Below, in pieces: positions 11,159-25,432 of a DNA stretch of 64,000 bases (the first letter of the stretch is position 1; each line of letters begins with the position of its first letter). The notes under the pieces are model-generated. The model was not told the DNA's origin, ran no database searches, and saw only the letters and a list, made by a program, of their open reading frames with translations. Origin of the DNA: Eledone cirrhosa. Lineage: Eukaryota. Position numbers and translations under genes: made by a program. The stretch spans positions 40,858,001-40,922,000 of the forward strand of contig OZ024750.1 in assembly GCA_964016885.1 (NCBI GenBank). Direction: 5' to 3'.

Positions 11159-12517
11159 AACAAGTGATGTTCCATGGTAACACATGATGTTCCATAGTAA
11201 CAAGTGATGTTCCATGGTAACAAGTGATGTTCCATGGTAACAAGTGATGTTCCATGGTAACAAGTGATGTTCCATGGTAACAAGTGATGTTCCATGGTAA
11301 CAAGTGATGTTCCATGGTAACAAGTGATGTTCCATGGTAACAAGTGATATTCCATGGTAACACATGATGTTCCATGGTAACAAGTGATGTTCCATGGTAA
11401 CAAGTGATGTTCCATGGTAACAAGTGATGTTCCATGGTAACAAGTGATGTTTCATGGTAACAAGTGATGTTCCATGGTAACAAGTGATGTTCCATGGTAA
11501 CAAGTGATGTTTCATGGTAACAAGTGATGTTCCATGGTAACAAGTGATGTTCCATGGTAACAAGTGATGTTCCATGGTAACAAGTGATCTTCCATGGTAA
11601 CAAGTGATGTTTCATGGTAACAAGTGATGTTCCATGGTAACAAGTGATGTTTCATGGTAACAAGTGATGTTTCATGGTAACAAGTGATGTTCCATGGTAA
11701 CAAGTGATGTTCCATAGTAACACGTGATGTTCCATGGTAACAAGTGATGTTCCATGGTAACAAGTGATGTTCCATGGTAACAAGTGATGTTTCATGGTAA
11801 CACGTGATGTTCCATAGTAACAAGTGATGTTCTATGGTAACAAGTGATGTTCTATGGTAACAAGTGATGTTCCATGGTAACAAGTGATGTTCCATGGTAA
11901 CAAGTGATGTTCCATGGTAACAAGTGATGTTTCATGGTAACAAGTGATGTTCCATGGTAACAAGTGATGTTCCATGGTAACAAGTGATGTTTCATGGTAA
12001 CACGTGATGTTCCATAGTAACAGGTGATATTCTATGGTAACAGGTGATGTTCCATGGTAACAAGTGATGTTTCATGGTAACAAGTGATGTTCCATGGTAA
12101 CAAGTGATGTTCCATGGTAACAAGTGATGTTCCATGGTAACAAGTGGTTCCATGGTAACAAGTGATGTTTCATGGTAACAAGTGATGTTCCATAGTAACA
12201 GGTGATGTTCCATAGTAACAGGTGATGTTCCATGGTAACACGTGATGTTCCATGGTAACACGTGATGTTCCATGGTAACAGGTGATGTTCCATAGTAACA
12301 GGTGATATTCTATGGTAACAGGTGATGTTCCATGGTAACAGGTGATGTTCCATGGTAACAAGTGATGTTCCATGGTAACAAGTGATGTTCCATGGTAACA
12401 AGTGATGTTCCATGGTAACACGTGATGTTCCATAGTAACAAATGATGTTCTATGGTAACAGGTGATGTTCCATGGTAACAGGTGATGTTCCATGGTAACA
12501 AGTGATGTTCCATAGTA
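11159..12517. repeat. 20-bp minisatellite, ~68 copies
   Basis: Unit caagtgatgttccatggtaa. Confidence 0.97.
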
Positions 12518-12519
12518 TG

Positions 12520-12935
12520 AGATGCATGCTGGGAATGCAGAGGATATCTGGAGGCTGGAGAAAAATGAAGTGAGCGTTCTCCAATGTAGGTACAATGTTA
12601 ATTAATGCACACGAACGACAAAGCATGTATGAGCTGCAAGAAATGCTAGGTATGAGACGAACCAGACGTAGTAAGAGGGAAGACTGCACCGGTATGGACA
12701 TGTGATATGTAAGGATGATAATCATTGGGTAAAAAAAGTGCCAAGAAATCCTAGTGGAAGGTAGTGGCAGTGGAGGAAGACCCAGGCAGAGGTAGTGAGA
12801 GCCGATCTCAAATTAGTGAAACTCACAGTGAAGTTGACAAAGGGATACAGAAAATGGAGGAATGCTGTGCTGGAAAAGACACATTCAATGTATAAAAATA
12901 AGGAAAAGCAGATGTAAAATGGTGATGATGATGAT
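12520..12935 (+). mobile_element. Degenerate RTE 3' fragment
   Basis: Decayed LE.NEASML..M / R.H.YGHV / WVKKCQEI.VEG region ending in (GAT)n. Confidence 0.7.
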
Positions 12936-13485
12936 TCTATTGTCAAGGTGTTCCTGGCTATGGATTCATCTCCTCAGAATTCTTAGAAATATTTTTGCTC
13001 CTAATACTAAGAATATTTCAGTCATTTCAGAAACTTTTCTTAATTTTTATCTAATATTAGTTTTATATTTTTTTTACCGCAAGAAATTTCCATTCTAATA
13101 ATATCCACTATTGATATAAATATATTTGATTATGTTTGATTATATTACATGGATTTCTTTTTTTTATCTATTCTTCTAGTAAATATGTAAATTGCATTAC
13201 CCCAGCATTTCAACAGTTATAAAATATAGAAGTAACTTTGTTATATCAATGAAAATATCTTTGTTAGGTTCAGAGTTTGTGCTGTTTGCTTCAGATTAAT
13301 GTAAAATGATAACAAGTAATAGATATAACCTTTATGTCAGCTCAAATTATTTCAGTATTTCAACTAAATTGCTTAGGATCTATTTCTTGGAAAGTATCTT
13401 GTTCCAACCAAAGTTTTGCTGTTTATGTTTTTACTACCAACCCAACCAAAACTGGCTCTGGTTCTATGAAACAAAATAACCTATT

Positions 13486-13714
13486 TTAACCCTTTAATAT
13501 TTACATTACTCTATATTTACTATTATATTTTTACAACAAAGGCTTTACCTCACATAATTATCTCACATAATATCGAATATATGATATTTTAATATTATTT
13601 ATTTTGAGAACAATACCTTAACATAAGAATGAGCAGCCAGGTACAACCAGTTTGAACAGAAAGATGTGAAGGAATTCTAGCTGGATATGGCTGGTTTAAA
13701 TGCTAAAGGGTTAA
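13486..13714 (+). mobile_element. piggyBac-type MITE (family P), nested in an older element
   Basis: ttaa|cccttta...tgctaaaggg|ttaa: TTAA TSD and CCCTTT TIRs. Confidence 0.8.
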
Positions 13715-13825
13715 ATAGTTTCTATTTAAATTAAAATCTTCCAACAATTTTATTTTTATATAATAATCATATGTTAAGTTACTATTTCTTCAATAGTTAG
13801 ATTGTATAACAGAATTGTTCCTCTG

Positions 13826-14022
13826 TTGCGTGGTTTAGAGGTTAAAGAGTTGGATTCCAGGACCAAGCAATGCATTATGTCCTTGAACAAACACTTTATT
13901 TTCACATTGCTCTTTCTGCCAAGTGTTGTGACTGGTAGATAGTATCAACAATGGAAAGTTTGTTTCCTTGGTCCGATTTAATGAGTTCCAGCTCATTTGG
14001 TAAAGTGGGTGAGATCTTGTCA
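13826..14022 (+). mobile_element. SINE family D (tRNA-like head, distinct body)
   Basis: Related to 17268-17492 (-) and 46885-47545 (+): ggtagatagtatcaacaatggaaa..tccttggtc.gattt. Confidence 0.6.
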
Positions 14023-14634
14023 ATCATTAATGCATGTGATCTTAAAATATTTTCACTTTTATATATATATATCTCATTTGCTTTTTTCATTTCTACTTCC
14101 TCTATTTACAAATCCCTGTTTATATCCATTTTAATAAGTCCCTCCATTTCAAGAAGTTTTTTTTTTCTATAATTGGATGCCCTTCCTCTGCCAATTTGTA
14201 CATTTTTAAAGTATGATAAATAGTACTGAACTTCATAAAACTGCTAAGCTGCATGACATATCATTTATGCAGGATATAAACAAATGCCACCACTTGCAGT
14301 GTTGATATAAAGACATATGCAGAACAAACACACACACAACAGGATTTCAGTTTCCATCAACAAAATTCACTTCCAAGATATTCTTCTCGAGTCATCCCTC
14401 TTTCAAAAGTGAAGCATTCATTTTGCTAGTGGCTAGAATATATGCAGCTCACCACACCTGCTTACTCATAGATTTCTCTGTTAACAGGAGCAGTTGTGTC
14501 AAACCATTGTTGAATTAATAGTCGATCATCTGTGAAGCCACTGGTGTTAATGACACCGAGGTCATCTAATTAAACTGATGATTGTCACATGAGCTACTCT
14601 TTACTAGGAAACAAGCAAGATTTTTATCGAGGCT

Positions 14635-15930
14635 TAGATCTGGCCTGTTCTATTAGACTATCCTATGATAGCCATATCAGAGACTCTAGATCTGGCCTGT
14701 TCTGTTAGACTATCCTATGGTAGTCATATCAGAGACTCTAGATCTGGTCTGTTCTGTTAGACTATCCTATGGTAGTCATATCAGAGACTCTAGATCTGGT
14801 CTGTTCTGCTAGACTATCCTATGGTAGTCATATCAGAGACTCTAGATCTGGTCTGTTCTGTTAGACTATCCTATGACAGCCATATCAGAGACTCTAGATC
14901 TGGTCTGTTCTGTTAGACTATCCTATGACAGCCATATCAGAGACTCTAGATCTGGTCTGTTCTGTTAGACTATCCTATGACAGCCATATCAGAGACTCTA
15001 GATCTGGTCTGTTCTGTTAGACTATCCTATGGTAGTCATATCAGAGACTCTAGATCTGGTCTGTTCTGTTAGACTATCCTATGGTAGTCATATCAGAGAC
15101 TCTAGATCTGGTCTGTTCTGTTAGACTATCCTATGGTAGCCATATCAGAGACTCTAGATCTGACCTGTTCTGTTAGACTATCCTATGGTAGTCATATCAG
15201 AGACTCTAGATGTGGCCTGTTCTGCTAGACTATCCTATGACAGCCATATCAGAGACTCTAGATCTGACCTGTTCTGTTAGACTATCCTATGGTAGTCATA
15301 TCAGAGACTCTAGATCTGGCCTGTTCTGCTAGACTATCCTATGACAGCCATATCAGAGACTCTAGATCTGGCCTGTTCTGCTAGACTATCCTATGACAGC
15401 CATATCAGAGACTCTAGATCTGGCCTGTTCTGCTAGACTATCCTATGACAGCCATATCAGAGACTCTAGATCTGGTCTGTTCTGTTAGACTATCCTATGG
15501 TAGCCATATCAGAGATTCTAGATCTGGTCTGTTCTGTTAGACTATCCTATGATAGCCATATCAGAGACTCTAGATCTGGCCTGTTCTGTTAGACTATCCT
15601 ATGATAGCCATATCAGAGACTCTAGATCTGGCCTGTTCTGCTAGACTATCCTATGACAGTCATATCAGAGACTCTAGATCTGACCTGTTCTGTTAGACTA
15701 TCCTATGGTAGTCATATCAGAGACTCTAGATCTGGTCTGTTCTGTTAGACTATCCTATGGTAGTCATATCAGAGACTCTAGATCTGGCCTGTTCTGTTAG
15801 ACTATCCTATGGTAGCCATATCAGAGACTCTAGATGTCACCTGTTCTGTTAGACTATCCTATGATAGCCATATCAGAGACTCTAGATGTCACCTGTTCTG
15901 CTAGACTATCCTATGATAACCATATCTGAG
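14635..15930. repeat. 52-bp minisatellite, ~25 copies
   Basis: Unit tagatctggcctgttctgttagactatcctatgatagccatatcagagactc. Confidence 0.97.
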
Positions 15931-16295
15931 TCATCTTGTGTAGGATGTGACTTTTCACCACACAGGTTGGTCTTTGAACAGAGAGAGGCTAGGTGCTCAA
16001 CTTGAATGAGCATATATTTTGCATCATCAGTTTCTCAAGATATTAGTCAGCCCAAGTTTATATTAGAATACACTTGCTGAAAGTGCTACATTGGAAGATG
16101 GAATCCAAAGCCACGTGGTTACAAAATGAACTTGTTAACCACATGGCTATGTCTACCCTGAAATAAAATGAAAGATGTGTTATATATTAATAGTATTAGG
16201 TTTGACTGAAACAATTCCTGTATAAGATTTATTTAAAATATCTATTCATTAACAAAATAGAATGAAAATATAGGAATCTGGTGTATTCTCTAAAT

Positions 16296-16536
16296 CATTG
16301 TTTCCCAAAGTAGATTCTGCAGAAACATTCTGAGATTCCAGGAGATGAAGAGTCTTTTAATAAAATTTAATAAGATTTATTTAAAATTTATTTTTTATAT
16401 GAATAAATTCTCCCACAAAAATGATTTTTGTTTCATTTAATGTTTTATCAAAATTAAAATGGTGGAAATTTCTTTAGAATATAGGTATGGATTCTGTAGT
16501 TTTAAAAAAAATTGCAGAAAAGGTTCTGTGACAAAA
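16296..16536 (+). mobile_element. Old hAT-like non-autonomous element (homologous to 20190-20790)
   Basis: tgtttcccaaagt start and shared internal blocks (aataaaatttaata, catttaatg.ttta, atggattct). Confidence 0.45.
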
Positions 16537-17267
16537 TTTTGTTTATATTTCTCATTAATAATTCTTAACATCCTGCATCACATGAAACCACAATTACAGG
16601 ATATTCTTGAAAAATTTAAAACAACATTATAATTCTATCACATAAAAAATTAGTCTTTATTTAAGTCTAATACTGCAAGTTGTCAAAAGAATCTCTCCAC
16701 CAGTAAAGATACTAGAAACATCTCAATTAACAAACCTGTTTATAGATATTTCTGCTAAATTTTTTTCAGGGTGTTAAGTGTTAATTCCAAATGTGCCACA
16801 ATTCTCACTCGTATCATCTGTATTTGTAACTTGGATTAAAAAACTGATTCAGTCACAAATTTCTTTCTCGCCTTCTTCCATTCTATGGTTTCACTCAATC
16901 CCTGATGGTGTAACAGAATAAAATAAAATTTAGAAAAGTAGTACGTTATTCGAAGGCTATGACAATGCAGAATGGATGGTAGATTTTGGCATAAATTGAA
17001 GGTAATGAAAATGGTGTCACCTGTCATTTACCTGTCCTAATATTTTGGGTCTAAAATACTTTGGGTCTAAAAATAAAATATTTTGGGTCTAGAATAAAAT
17101 ATTTTGGGTCTAAAATAAAATAAAAATGAGTTTCATATATTAGATTTCCATTTAAAATGATATTCAGAAAATTATTTAAAAAATAAAATTAATGCTATTC
17201 TAATCGTAACAAAACATTCTAAATGAAATTTTGATTCATACATTATAATTTTCTTTTTTAACAATCA

Positions 17268-17492
17268 ACAAGATCCTAAACCTCATTTGCTTAATGAATA
17301 GTTGGATTCGTCAAATCATATCAAGGAAACAATGTTTCCATTGTTGATACTATCTACTGGTCATTACTTCTGGCTGGAAGAGCAACATGAAATAAAATGT
17401 CCTGTTCAAGGACATAACACATTGCCCAGTTCGGGAATTGAACTCACAACCTCACAATTGCAAATCCAATTCTCTAACCACTCAGCCACACA
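17268..17492 (-). mobile_element. SINE family D
   Basis: ttgaactcacaacc B box and tctaaccactcagcca A box on the minus strand; body matches 13900-14020. Confidence 0.65.
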
Positions 17493-17649
17493 CCATCACA
17501 TTTTAACATATATTTCAGAATCCTGTTTTCTTCTTATTTCCTGCATCATAAATCTATTTCCAATACACTCAACATACTTTACCCCTGTATTCAGTTTTGT
17601 TTCTCCTGTATTCACAATATATCCTGTATATCATCATCATCATCATCAT

Positions 17650-19602
17650 TGTTGGTCTGTCTGTCGGTTGGTCTGTCGGTTGGCCTGTCTGTTGGTTGGC
17701 CTGTCTGTCTGTCGGTTGGTCTGTTGGTTGGCCTGTCTGTCTGTCGGTTGGTCTGTCGGTTGGCCTGTCTGTCTGTCGGTTGGTCTGTCGGTTGGCCTGT
17801 CTGTCTGTCGGTTGGCCTGTCTGTCGGTTGGCCTGTCTGTCGGTTGGCCTGTCTGTCGGTTGGCCTGTCTGTCTGTCGGTTGGCCTGTCTGTCGGTTGGC
17901 CTGTCTGTCGGTTGGCCTGTCTGTCGGTTGGCCTGTCTGTCGGTTGGCCTATCTGTCGGTTGGCCTGTCTGTCGGTTGGCCTGTCTGTCGGTTGGCCTGT
18001 CTGTCGGTTGGCCTGTCTGTCGGTTGGCCTGTCTGTCGGTTGGCCTATCTGTCGGTTGGCCTGTCTGTCGGTTGGCCTGTCTGTCGGTTGGCCTGTCTGT
18101 CGGTTGGCCTGTCTGTTGGTTGGTCTCTCTGTTGGTTGGCCTGTCTGTTGGTTGGTCTCTCTGTCGGTTGGCCTGTCTGTCGGTTGGCCTGTCTGTCGGT
18201 TGGCCTGTCTGTCGGTTGGCCTGTCTGTCGGTTGGCCTGTCTGTCGGTTGGCCTGTCTGTCGGTTGGCCTGTCTGTCGGTTGGCCTGTCTGTCGGTTGGC
18301 CTGTCTGTCGGTTGGCCTGTCTGTCGGTTGGCCTATCTGTCGGTTGGCCTGTCTGTTGGTTGGTCTGTCTGTCGTTCTGTCTGTCGGTTGGTCTGTCTGT
18401 CGTTCTCTCTGTCGGTTGGTCTGTCTGTCGTTCTCTCTGTCGGTTGGTCTGTCTGTCGTTCTGTCTGTCAGTTGGTCTGTCTGTCGTTCTCTCTGTCGGT
18501 TGGTCTGTCTGTCGTTCTGTCTGTCGGTTGGTCTGTCTGTCGTTCTCTCTGTCGGTTGGTTGTCTGTCGTTCTCTCTGTCCGTTGGTCTGTCTGTCGTTC
18601 TGTCTGTCGGTTGGTCTGTCTGTCGTTCTGTCTGTCAGTTGGTCTGTCTGTCGTTCTCTCTGTCCGTTGGTCTGTCTGTCGTTCTGTCTGTCGGTTGGTC
18701 TGTCTGTCGTTCTCTCTGTCGGTTGGTCTGTCTGTCGTTCTCTCTGTCGGTTGGTCTGTCTGTCGTTCTCTCTGTCGGTTGGTTGTCTGTCGTTCTCTCT
18801 GTCCGTTGGTCTGTCTGTCGTTCTGTCTGTCGGTTGGTCTGTCTGTCGTTCTGTCTGTCAGTTGGTCTGTCTGTCGTTCTCTCTGTCCGTTGGTCTGTCT
18901 GTCGTTCTGTCTGTCGGTTGGTCTGTCTGTCCGTTGGTCTGTCTGTCGTTCTGTCTGTCGGTTGGTCTGTCTGTCCGTTGGTCTGTCTGTCGTTCTGTCT
19001 GTCCGTTGGTCTGTCTGTCGTTCTGTCTGTCCGTTGGTCTGTCTGTCGTTCTGTCTGTCTGTCGATCTGTCTATCGGTTGGTCTGTCTGTCGTTCTCTCT
19101 GTCGGTTGGTCTGTCTGTCGTTCTGTCTGTCGGTTGGTCTGTCTGTCCGTTGGTCTGTCTGTCGTTCTGTCTGTCCTTTGGTCTGTCTGTCTGTCGATCT
19201 GTCTATCGGTTGGTCTGTCTGTCGTTCTCTCTGTCGGTTGGTCTGTCTGTCGTTCTGTCTGTCGGTTGGTCTGTCTGTCCGTTGGTCTGTCTGTCGTTCT
19301 GTCTGTCGGTTGGTCTGTCTGTCCGTTGGTCTGTCTGTCGTTCTGTCTGTCCGTTGGTCTGTCTGTCGTTCTGTCTGTCTGTCGGTTGGTCTGTCTGTCG
19401 ATCTGTCTGTTGGTTGGTCTGTCTGTCGGTTGGTGTCTGTCGGTTGGTCTGTCTGTCGGTTGGTCTGTCTGTCGGTTGGTCTGTCTGTCGATTGGTCTGT
19501 CTGTCGATCTGTCTGTTGGTCTGTCTGTCGGTTGGTCTGTCTGTCGATCTGTCTGTCTGTTGGTCTGTCTGTCTGTCTCTCTGTCGATCTGTCTGTTGGT
19601 TG
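17650..19602. repeat. (CTGT)n-derived minisatellite with 16-bp units shifting to 28-bp-type units
   Basis: ctgtcggttggcctgt units change to ctgtcggttggtctgtctgtcgttctct/ctgt units. Confidence 0.96.
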
Positions 19603-20256
19603 ACACATCCTTAGCCCCCCCCCCCCACACACACACGCACATCCCCCCCTTACAATTGGAATTTAAAATAGAACTTCAGATTTATAAATTTTAAATTTTA
19701 AATGAGCAAAAAAAATTCTTGTCTAAAACTTCCTACACCTGGAGTTCCAGATGCTTTTAAACTGAATTTCATGTTGATGCTACCTTGTAGAGACTTGAAC
19801 TCTGTAGAAAGGCAGGAATGGTGCAGAATTCTGTTTTATGTTGTAGTAAGAGAGAAGTTTTATGTTGATGCTACCTTGTAGAGACTTGAGATCTGTGGGA
19901 GATAGAAATGGTACAGAATTCTATATTTTCTGCTATGGATGTGAGCTGCTGTGCCTGTCAAATACATCATGATACATACCAAGGATGATGATAAAATCAA
20001 AAGCTGGGTTGCCAGATTATTTTTGTATCTATTTTTTCATGCTTGCATCTCTCCATTCATCACCTTCTTTCATCATCTCTGTGAGCTTCAGTGATTTGAG
20101 ATCAGTTCTCACCACCCAGGCCTTCCTTGGTCATCCTCTACTGCAATCTCCTTCTACTAGGATTTCCTGGAACTCTTTCACCCAGTGATCAAGTGTTTCC
20201 CAAAGTGGATATGGTGTCTCAATAAAATTTAATAATTTATATATGAATGTATTCTC

Positions 20257-20483
20257 TTAACCCTTTAGCATTCACATTATTTTATATATACTATTATATT
20301 TTCATGGTAAAGGCTTTACTTCACATAATTATCTCACATAATATCGAATCTATGAGATTTTGAAAGTATTTATTTTGAGAACAATAACTTAACATCAGTT
20401 TGAGTGACCAGTTACAGCCAGTTTCAACAGAAAGAGGTAGAGAATTCTGGCCGGTTTTGGCCAGTTGAACATTAAAGGGTTAA
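20257..20483 (+). mobile_element. piggyBac-type MITE family P, reference-like copy
   Basis: ttaa|ccctttagcattc ... gaacattaaaggg|ttaa. Confidence 0.85.
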
Positions 20484-20543
20484 ACAAGTTTTTATACATT
20501 TAATGCTTTATTAAAGTTATGGTGGTGGGGATTGTCTTTGAAA

Positions 20544-20722
20544 TACAGATAAAATTCTGTTATAACGAATACCATTATAATGAATTTTTCAGTATAACAA
20601 TTTTTTTTTTTTTTTGCAATCCCCGGCCACAAACTTATTAAAACAATAATTTGTTTGGGTCGATCTCGTTATAAAGAATTTTTCGTTATAACGAATTCTT
20701 TTTTCTACCCCTTGAATTTCAT
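20544..20722. mobile_element. Tc1/pogo (Tigger)-like MITE
   Basis: tacagataaaattctgttataa ... ttataacagaatttcactgt TIRs with internal gttataacg repeats; related fragment at 33770-33840. Confidence 0.65.
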
Positions 20723-21059
20723 TATAACAGAATTTCACTGTCTAACTATGGATTCTACAATGTTTGGAAAATTCTGAGCTCCATGACAAAATGAATGTCG
20801 CAAAGATAAAAAGCAGGAAAAAAAAACGAAAACAAAACAGCATCACATTAAAAATTGAACTCTTCACATAAATGCTGCAAATATTCACATGTCCGCTAGT
20901 GAAAGTATTATAAACATTTGAATTAACAAACTTGTTTTTAGATCTTTTCTGTCATCTCATTTAAAAGATGTTAAACATAGAAGACATTATCTGAACCTTT
21001 AGCTAAATAACTACTTTCCTTAAAGTTGTAGTTTCCAACCCATTGAATGATAAAGGAAA

Positions 21060-21783
21060 CACCACCACCACTGCCATCATCACCACCGACATCATCATCA
21101 TCATCACCACTGTCACCATGCTCACCATCATCATCATCATCACCATCATTGCCTTCACCGCCGTCATCACCATCATCACCACCGTCATCACCATCATCAC
21201 CTTCACCATCACCATCACCACTGCCATCATCTTCACCACCATCATTGCCTTCACCACTATCATTACCACTGTCATCACCATCATCATCACCACCATCATC
21301 AACATCAACATCATCACCACCGTCATCACCATCATCACTTTCACCATCACAATCACCACTGCCATCATCTTCACCACCATCATTGCCTTCACAATCATCA
21401 TCACCATCACCACCATCATCACCATCATCATCACCATCATCATGTTCATTGCCTTCACCACCACCATCGTCATCACAATCACCACCACCACCGCCATCAC
21501 CACCATCACCATCATCACCATCACCGTCATCACTATCACCACCACCATCACTATCACCACCACCATCACCACCACCATCACCATCACCACCACCACCATC
21601 ACCACCACCATCACCATCACCACCATCACTATCACCACCACCATCACTATCACCACCATCACCACCATCACCACCACCATCACTATCACCACCACCATCG
21701 CCATCACCACCATCGCCATCACCATCACCATCACCACCATCACCATCACCACCACCACCACCATCACCACCACCACCACCATC
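21060..21783. repeat. (CAC/CAT)n microsatellite
   Basis: Direct reading. Confidence 0.95.
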
Positions 21784-22274
21784 AGGATAAACTCAAGTAA
21801 ATAAAAAGCACTTTGTTGTAAGATATTGTAAATTCTTTGAAGAATAGAACCAACTTTTATTATATTTATTATATTTATTTTATTTATTTATGTTTTTTGA
21901 CCAAAGATCTCTGGACGATCTTTTATGCCCAAAACCCAAGAATGAACTTGCTAAATATTTAAAAAAACCTAACAAAACTTTTTCTGCACAACTGAACTTT
22001 TATAAGCTTGCATAAAACATGGAGAAGTGAAAATGTTTTGTATTTTTAAGATTTTATTCAAATTTTTATTATATTTTCTGTTGTTTTCTGTAATCACTGG
22101 TATGCAACAGTAACTATTTAAATATTCAGCTTCCAACAATGACCTCCTCTCCTCTCTCTATACTACTGCTACTTCGGTTGCTCCTACCTACACAACTATT
22201 ACTGACATACACTCTTTTGGGAAACTAGATGCACATGCATGCAACAACCAATATCACGAGAAGCTAGCTATGCA

Positions 22275-22380
22275 CTTTCTCTTTCTCTCCATTTCTCTAT
22301 CTATCTATCTATCTATCATTTTCTTCTCTCTATTTCTCCTCTCACACACTCTCTCTCTCCTCTCTCTCTCCTCTCTCACA

Positions 22381-22457
<77 letters not shown>

Positions 22458-22806
22458 ACACACACATATACAGTGATCTGATGGTCAAAACTTCTACAAC
22501 CAGAGTTAGAATCCATTCATATGCACTCTTTGGCTGTCTCTCTATCTCTTTCTCTCTTTCTATCTTTCTCTCTCTCTATCTTTCTCTCTCTCTATCTTTC
22601 TGTCTCTCTTTTTCTCTCTTTCTCTTTCTCTATCTTTCTCTTTCTCTATCTTTCTCTCTCTCTATCTTTCTCTATCTTTTTCTCCTCTCTATTTCTCCCC
22701 CCCCCCTCTCTCTCTTTATCTCTCCCTCTCTCTGCCACACCCACATACACATACAGTGACCTGATGGTCAAAACTTCTGCAACCAGTGATAAATTCATAT
22801 GCACTC

Positions 22807-22840
<34 letters not shown>

Positions 22841-23230
22841 CCTCTCTATCTCCCTCCCTCTCTCTCTCTCTCTCCCTCCCTCCCTCCTTCTCTCTATGTA
22901 TCTCCCTCCCTCCTTTTCTCTCTGTATCTCCCCCCTCCCCTCTCTCTCTGTCTCTCCCTCCCCTCTCTCTGTCTCTCCCTCCCCTCTCTCTCTGTCTCTC
23001 CCTCCCCCCTCTCCCTGTCTCTCCCTCCCCCTCTCTCTCTGTCTCTCTCTCTCTCTCTCCCTCCCTACCCCTATCTCTCTCCCTCTCCCCTATCTCCCAC
23101 ATACAGTGATCTGTTGGTCAAAACTTCTGCCACAACACCACAGATACATTCATATCCCCCCCCCTCCCCCACTCCCCCTACCCCCTCTCCCCCACATACA
23201 GTGACCTGATGGTCAAAACTTCTGCCACCA
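22275..23230. repeat. CT-rich tracts separated by four copies of a ~35-bp conserved block
   Basis: catacagtga.ctg.tggtcaaaacttct at ~22466, 22750, 23100 and 23195. Confidence 0.85.
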
Positions 23231-23379
23231 CAGCTACATCCACACACACGTGAGCACAGGTGCACATGCCTACTCACAAATCTTGACAATGCAAAAACTC
23301 TGCATAAACCATCGTAATGAAGGAAAATCAATACCATCCATTCTGTGTTCTATACCGGCGTACAATCGATATATACACC

Positions 23380-23726
23380 CACTACCACCACCACCACCAC
23401 CACCACTACTACTACTACCAACACCATTACTACCACCACCACCACTACTGCCACTAACACACCACTACCACCACCTTCACTGGCTCCACCGCTATCACTA
23501 CCTCCACCACCACCACCACCTCCTTCACTGGCTCCACCACTATCACTACCTCCACCACTACCATCACCACTACCACCACCACTATCACTACCACCACCAC
23601 CATCACCACTACCACCACCACTGGCTCCACCATCACCATCACCACCACTACCATCACCACAGTCTTGTAGCACTGTAAAATCAATAGACTTATTTTGTTA
23701 CACAAATACACGATGTCCACAATACT

Positions 23727-23764
<38 letters not shown>

Positions 23765-23792
23765 CACTACTACCACTACTACTACTAGCACC

Positions 23793-23858
<66 letters not shown>

Positions 23859-24262
23859 GCTACTATTACTACTATTACTATTACTACCACCACCAAAACC
23901 ACTACTGTTACTGTTATGACCACTATCCCTATTACTACTACTCTGCTTATTATCTCTACCATCCAGATAACATTGGCAAATACTACCACCACTACCACTG
24001 CCATAGTAATAATAATGATATCACCACCACCACCACTGTAGCCTCTACCATAAATATGATAGCAATTGCCTCTTCTACACAGTGGCAAATATTACTCTCA
24101 TAAGAACTACTACTCTTACCACCACTACCACCACACCACTCCTACCATGGTAGTTATTACACCTACCACTCCCACCACTGTAGTACACCTACTACTACCA
24201 CCACTACTACTACCACCACTCCTACTTCTATAACCCCACCACCACCACTAGGACCTACTATC
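23380..24262. repeat. (CAC/CTA)n microsatellite field
   Basis: Direct reading. Confidence 0.9.
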
Positions 24263-24565
24263 CTTTTAGGGTTAAAACAAAGCACCAATATAGGAAGCTG
24301 GAAAGATGGAATTGTTAGAATGTTGGATGAGATACCTTGCAGTATTTGTTGCAGCCCTTTCTGTTCTTTCAGATCTTACTGTGGTTTACTTTTGGTGGTA
24401 GGCATAATCTGTTGTCCAGTTTAACACCACCACTTGCTCCCTGGGTAGTGGAGCCTACTCTGTAGCAAACATTCAGACCAGGTCTCCAGTTTGAGGACAC
24501 CTTCTTCCCTTTGACACCTCCATAATGATTTATTGAGTCATGGGCCTGGTTCTCACCATCCCCCA

Positions 24566-24630
<65 letters not shown>

Positions 24631-24744
24631 CCACAGCTACAGTTCATAGCTTTATCCCTAGTTGTTAAGACAATCTTTATTCTCTACTTATGAAATCTCC
24701 TTTAGGCTAATAATATTAAAATACTGCTTGGTTGGAATATGTAA

Positions 24745-25139
24745 GGAGGCACATGGCTTAGTGGTTAGAGCATTGGCCTTGCAATCGAAAGGTTGTGAGT
24801 TCAATTCTCAAACCGGGTGATGTGTTGTTTCCTTGAGCAAGACACTTTATTTCACATTACTCCAGTTTACTCAGCTGTAGAAATGAGATGATAGGGACTG
24901 GGGTCCCTATCATTCCACTGCAAAGTGGTCGTGGAGGTGCCACGGCAAAAAAGCACCCAGCCCACACTGTATAGTGGACGTGTAGGCGCCATGGCAAAAA
25001 AGCACCCAGCACTCACTGTAAATGAGGTTGGTGTTAGGAAGGGCATCCAGCTGTAGAAATCAAGCCAGAATCAGTTCCCGTCCCACCCTTGCAAGCAGGG
25101 AAAAGCAGACGTAAAATGAAATGATGATGAAATGATGAT
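24745..25139 (+). mobile_element. SINE family A, full length with internal duplicated module
   Basis: Complete tRNA head to RTE tail; ggcaaaaaagcacccagc module occurs twice. Confidence 0.9.
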
Positions 25140-25432
25140 ATGACCTGTTATGTAATGTGGTTGTGGTTGCTGTAGATAACAATAGTTTTCTTATACAGAA
25201 ACTACACAATATGACAACTGCCTTCCTCATTTGGTGGCTTGTGTAGTCCATAGTTGGTTTGGTTTACAAAGTCGAGAATGCTGGTTGGTTTAATGAGGGT
25301 TATGAGGGTAGGTTTAATGAGGGTTATGAGGGTAGATTTACAGTATTTTCTGAGTGTTCTTTATGAGTGAGGACAATCTGAGAATTTTGTTTGTGGGTTA
25401 GGGTAATTAAGGATCTTATTTACATATTTACG

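Noticed and set aside
17302-19694. Several 335-770 aa ORFs
   Set aside because: Open in multiple frames on both strands of a CTGT-type repeat; low-complexity artefacts
22466-23230. CRISPR-like repeat-spacer appearance
   Set aside because: Spacers are low-complexity and of very unequal length; eukaryotic context; no cas genes
25288-25405. Telomere-like TTAGGG variants
   Set aside because: Only a short duplicated degenerate stretch, not a true array
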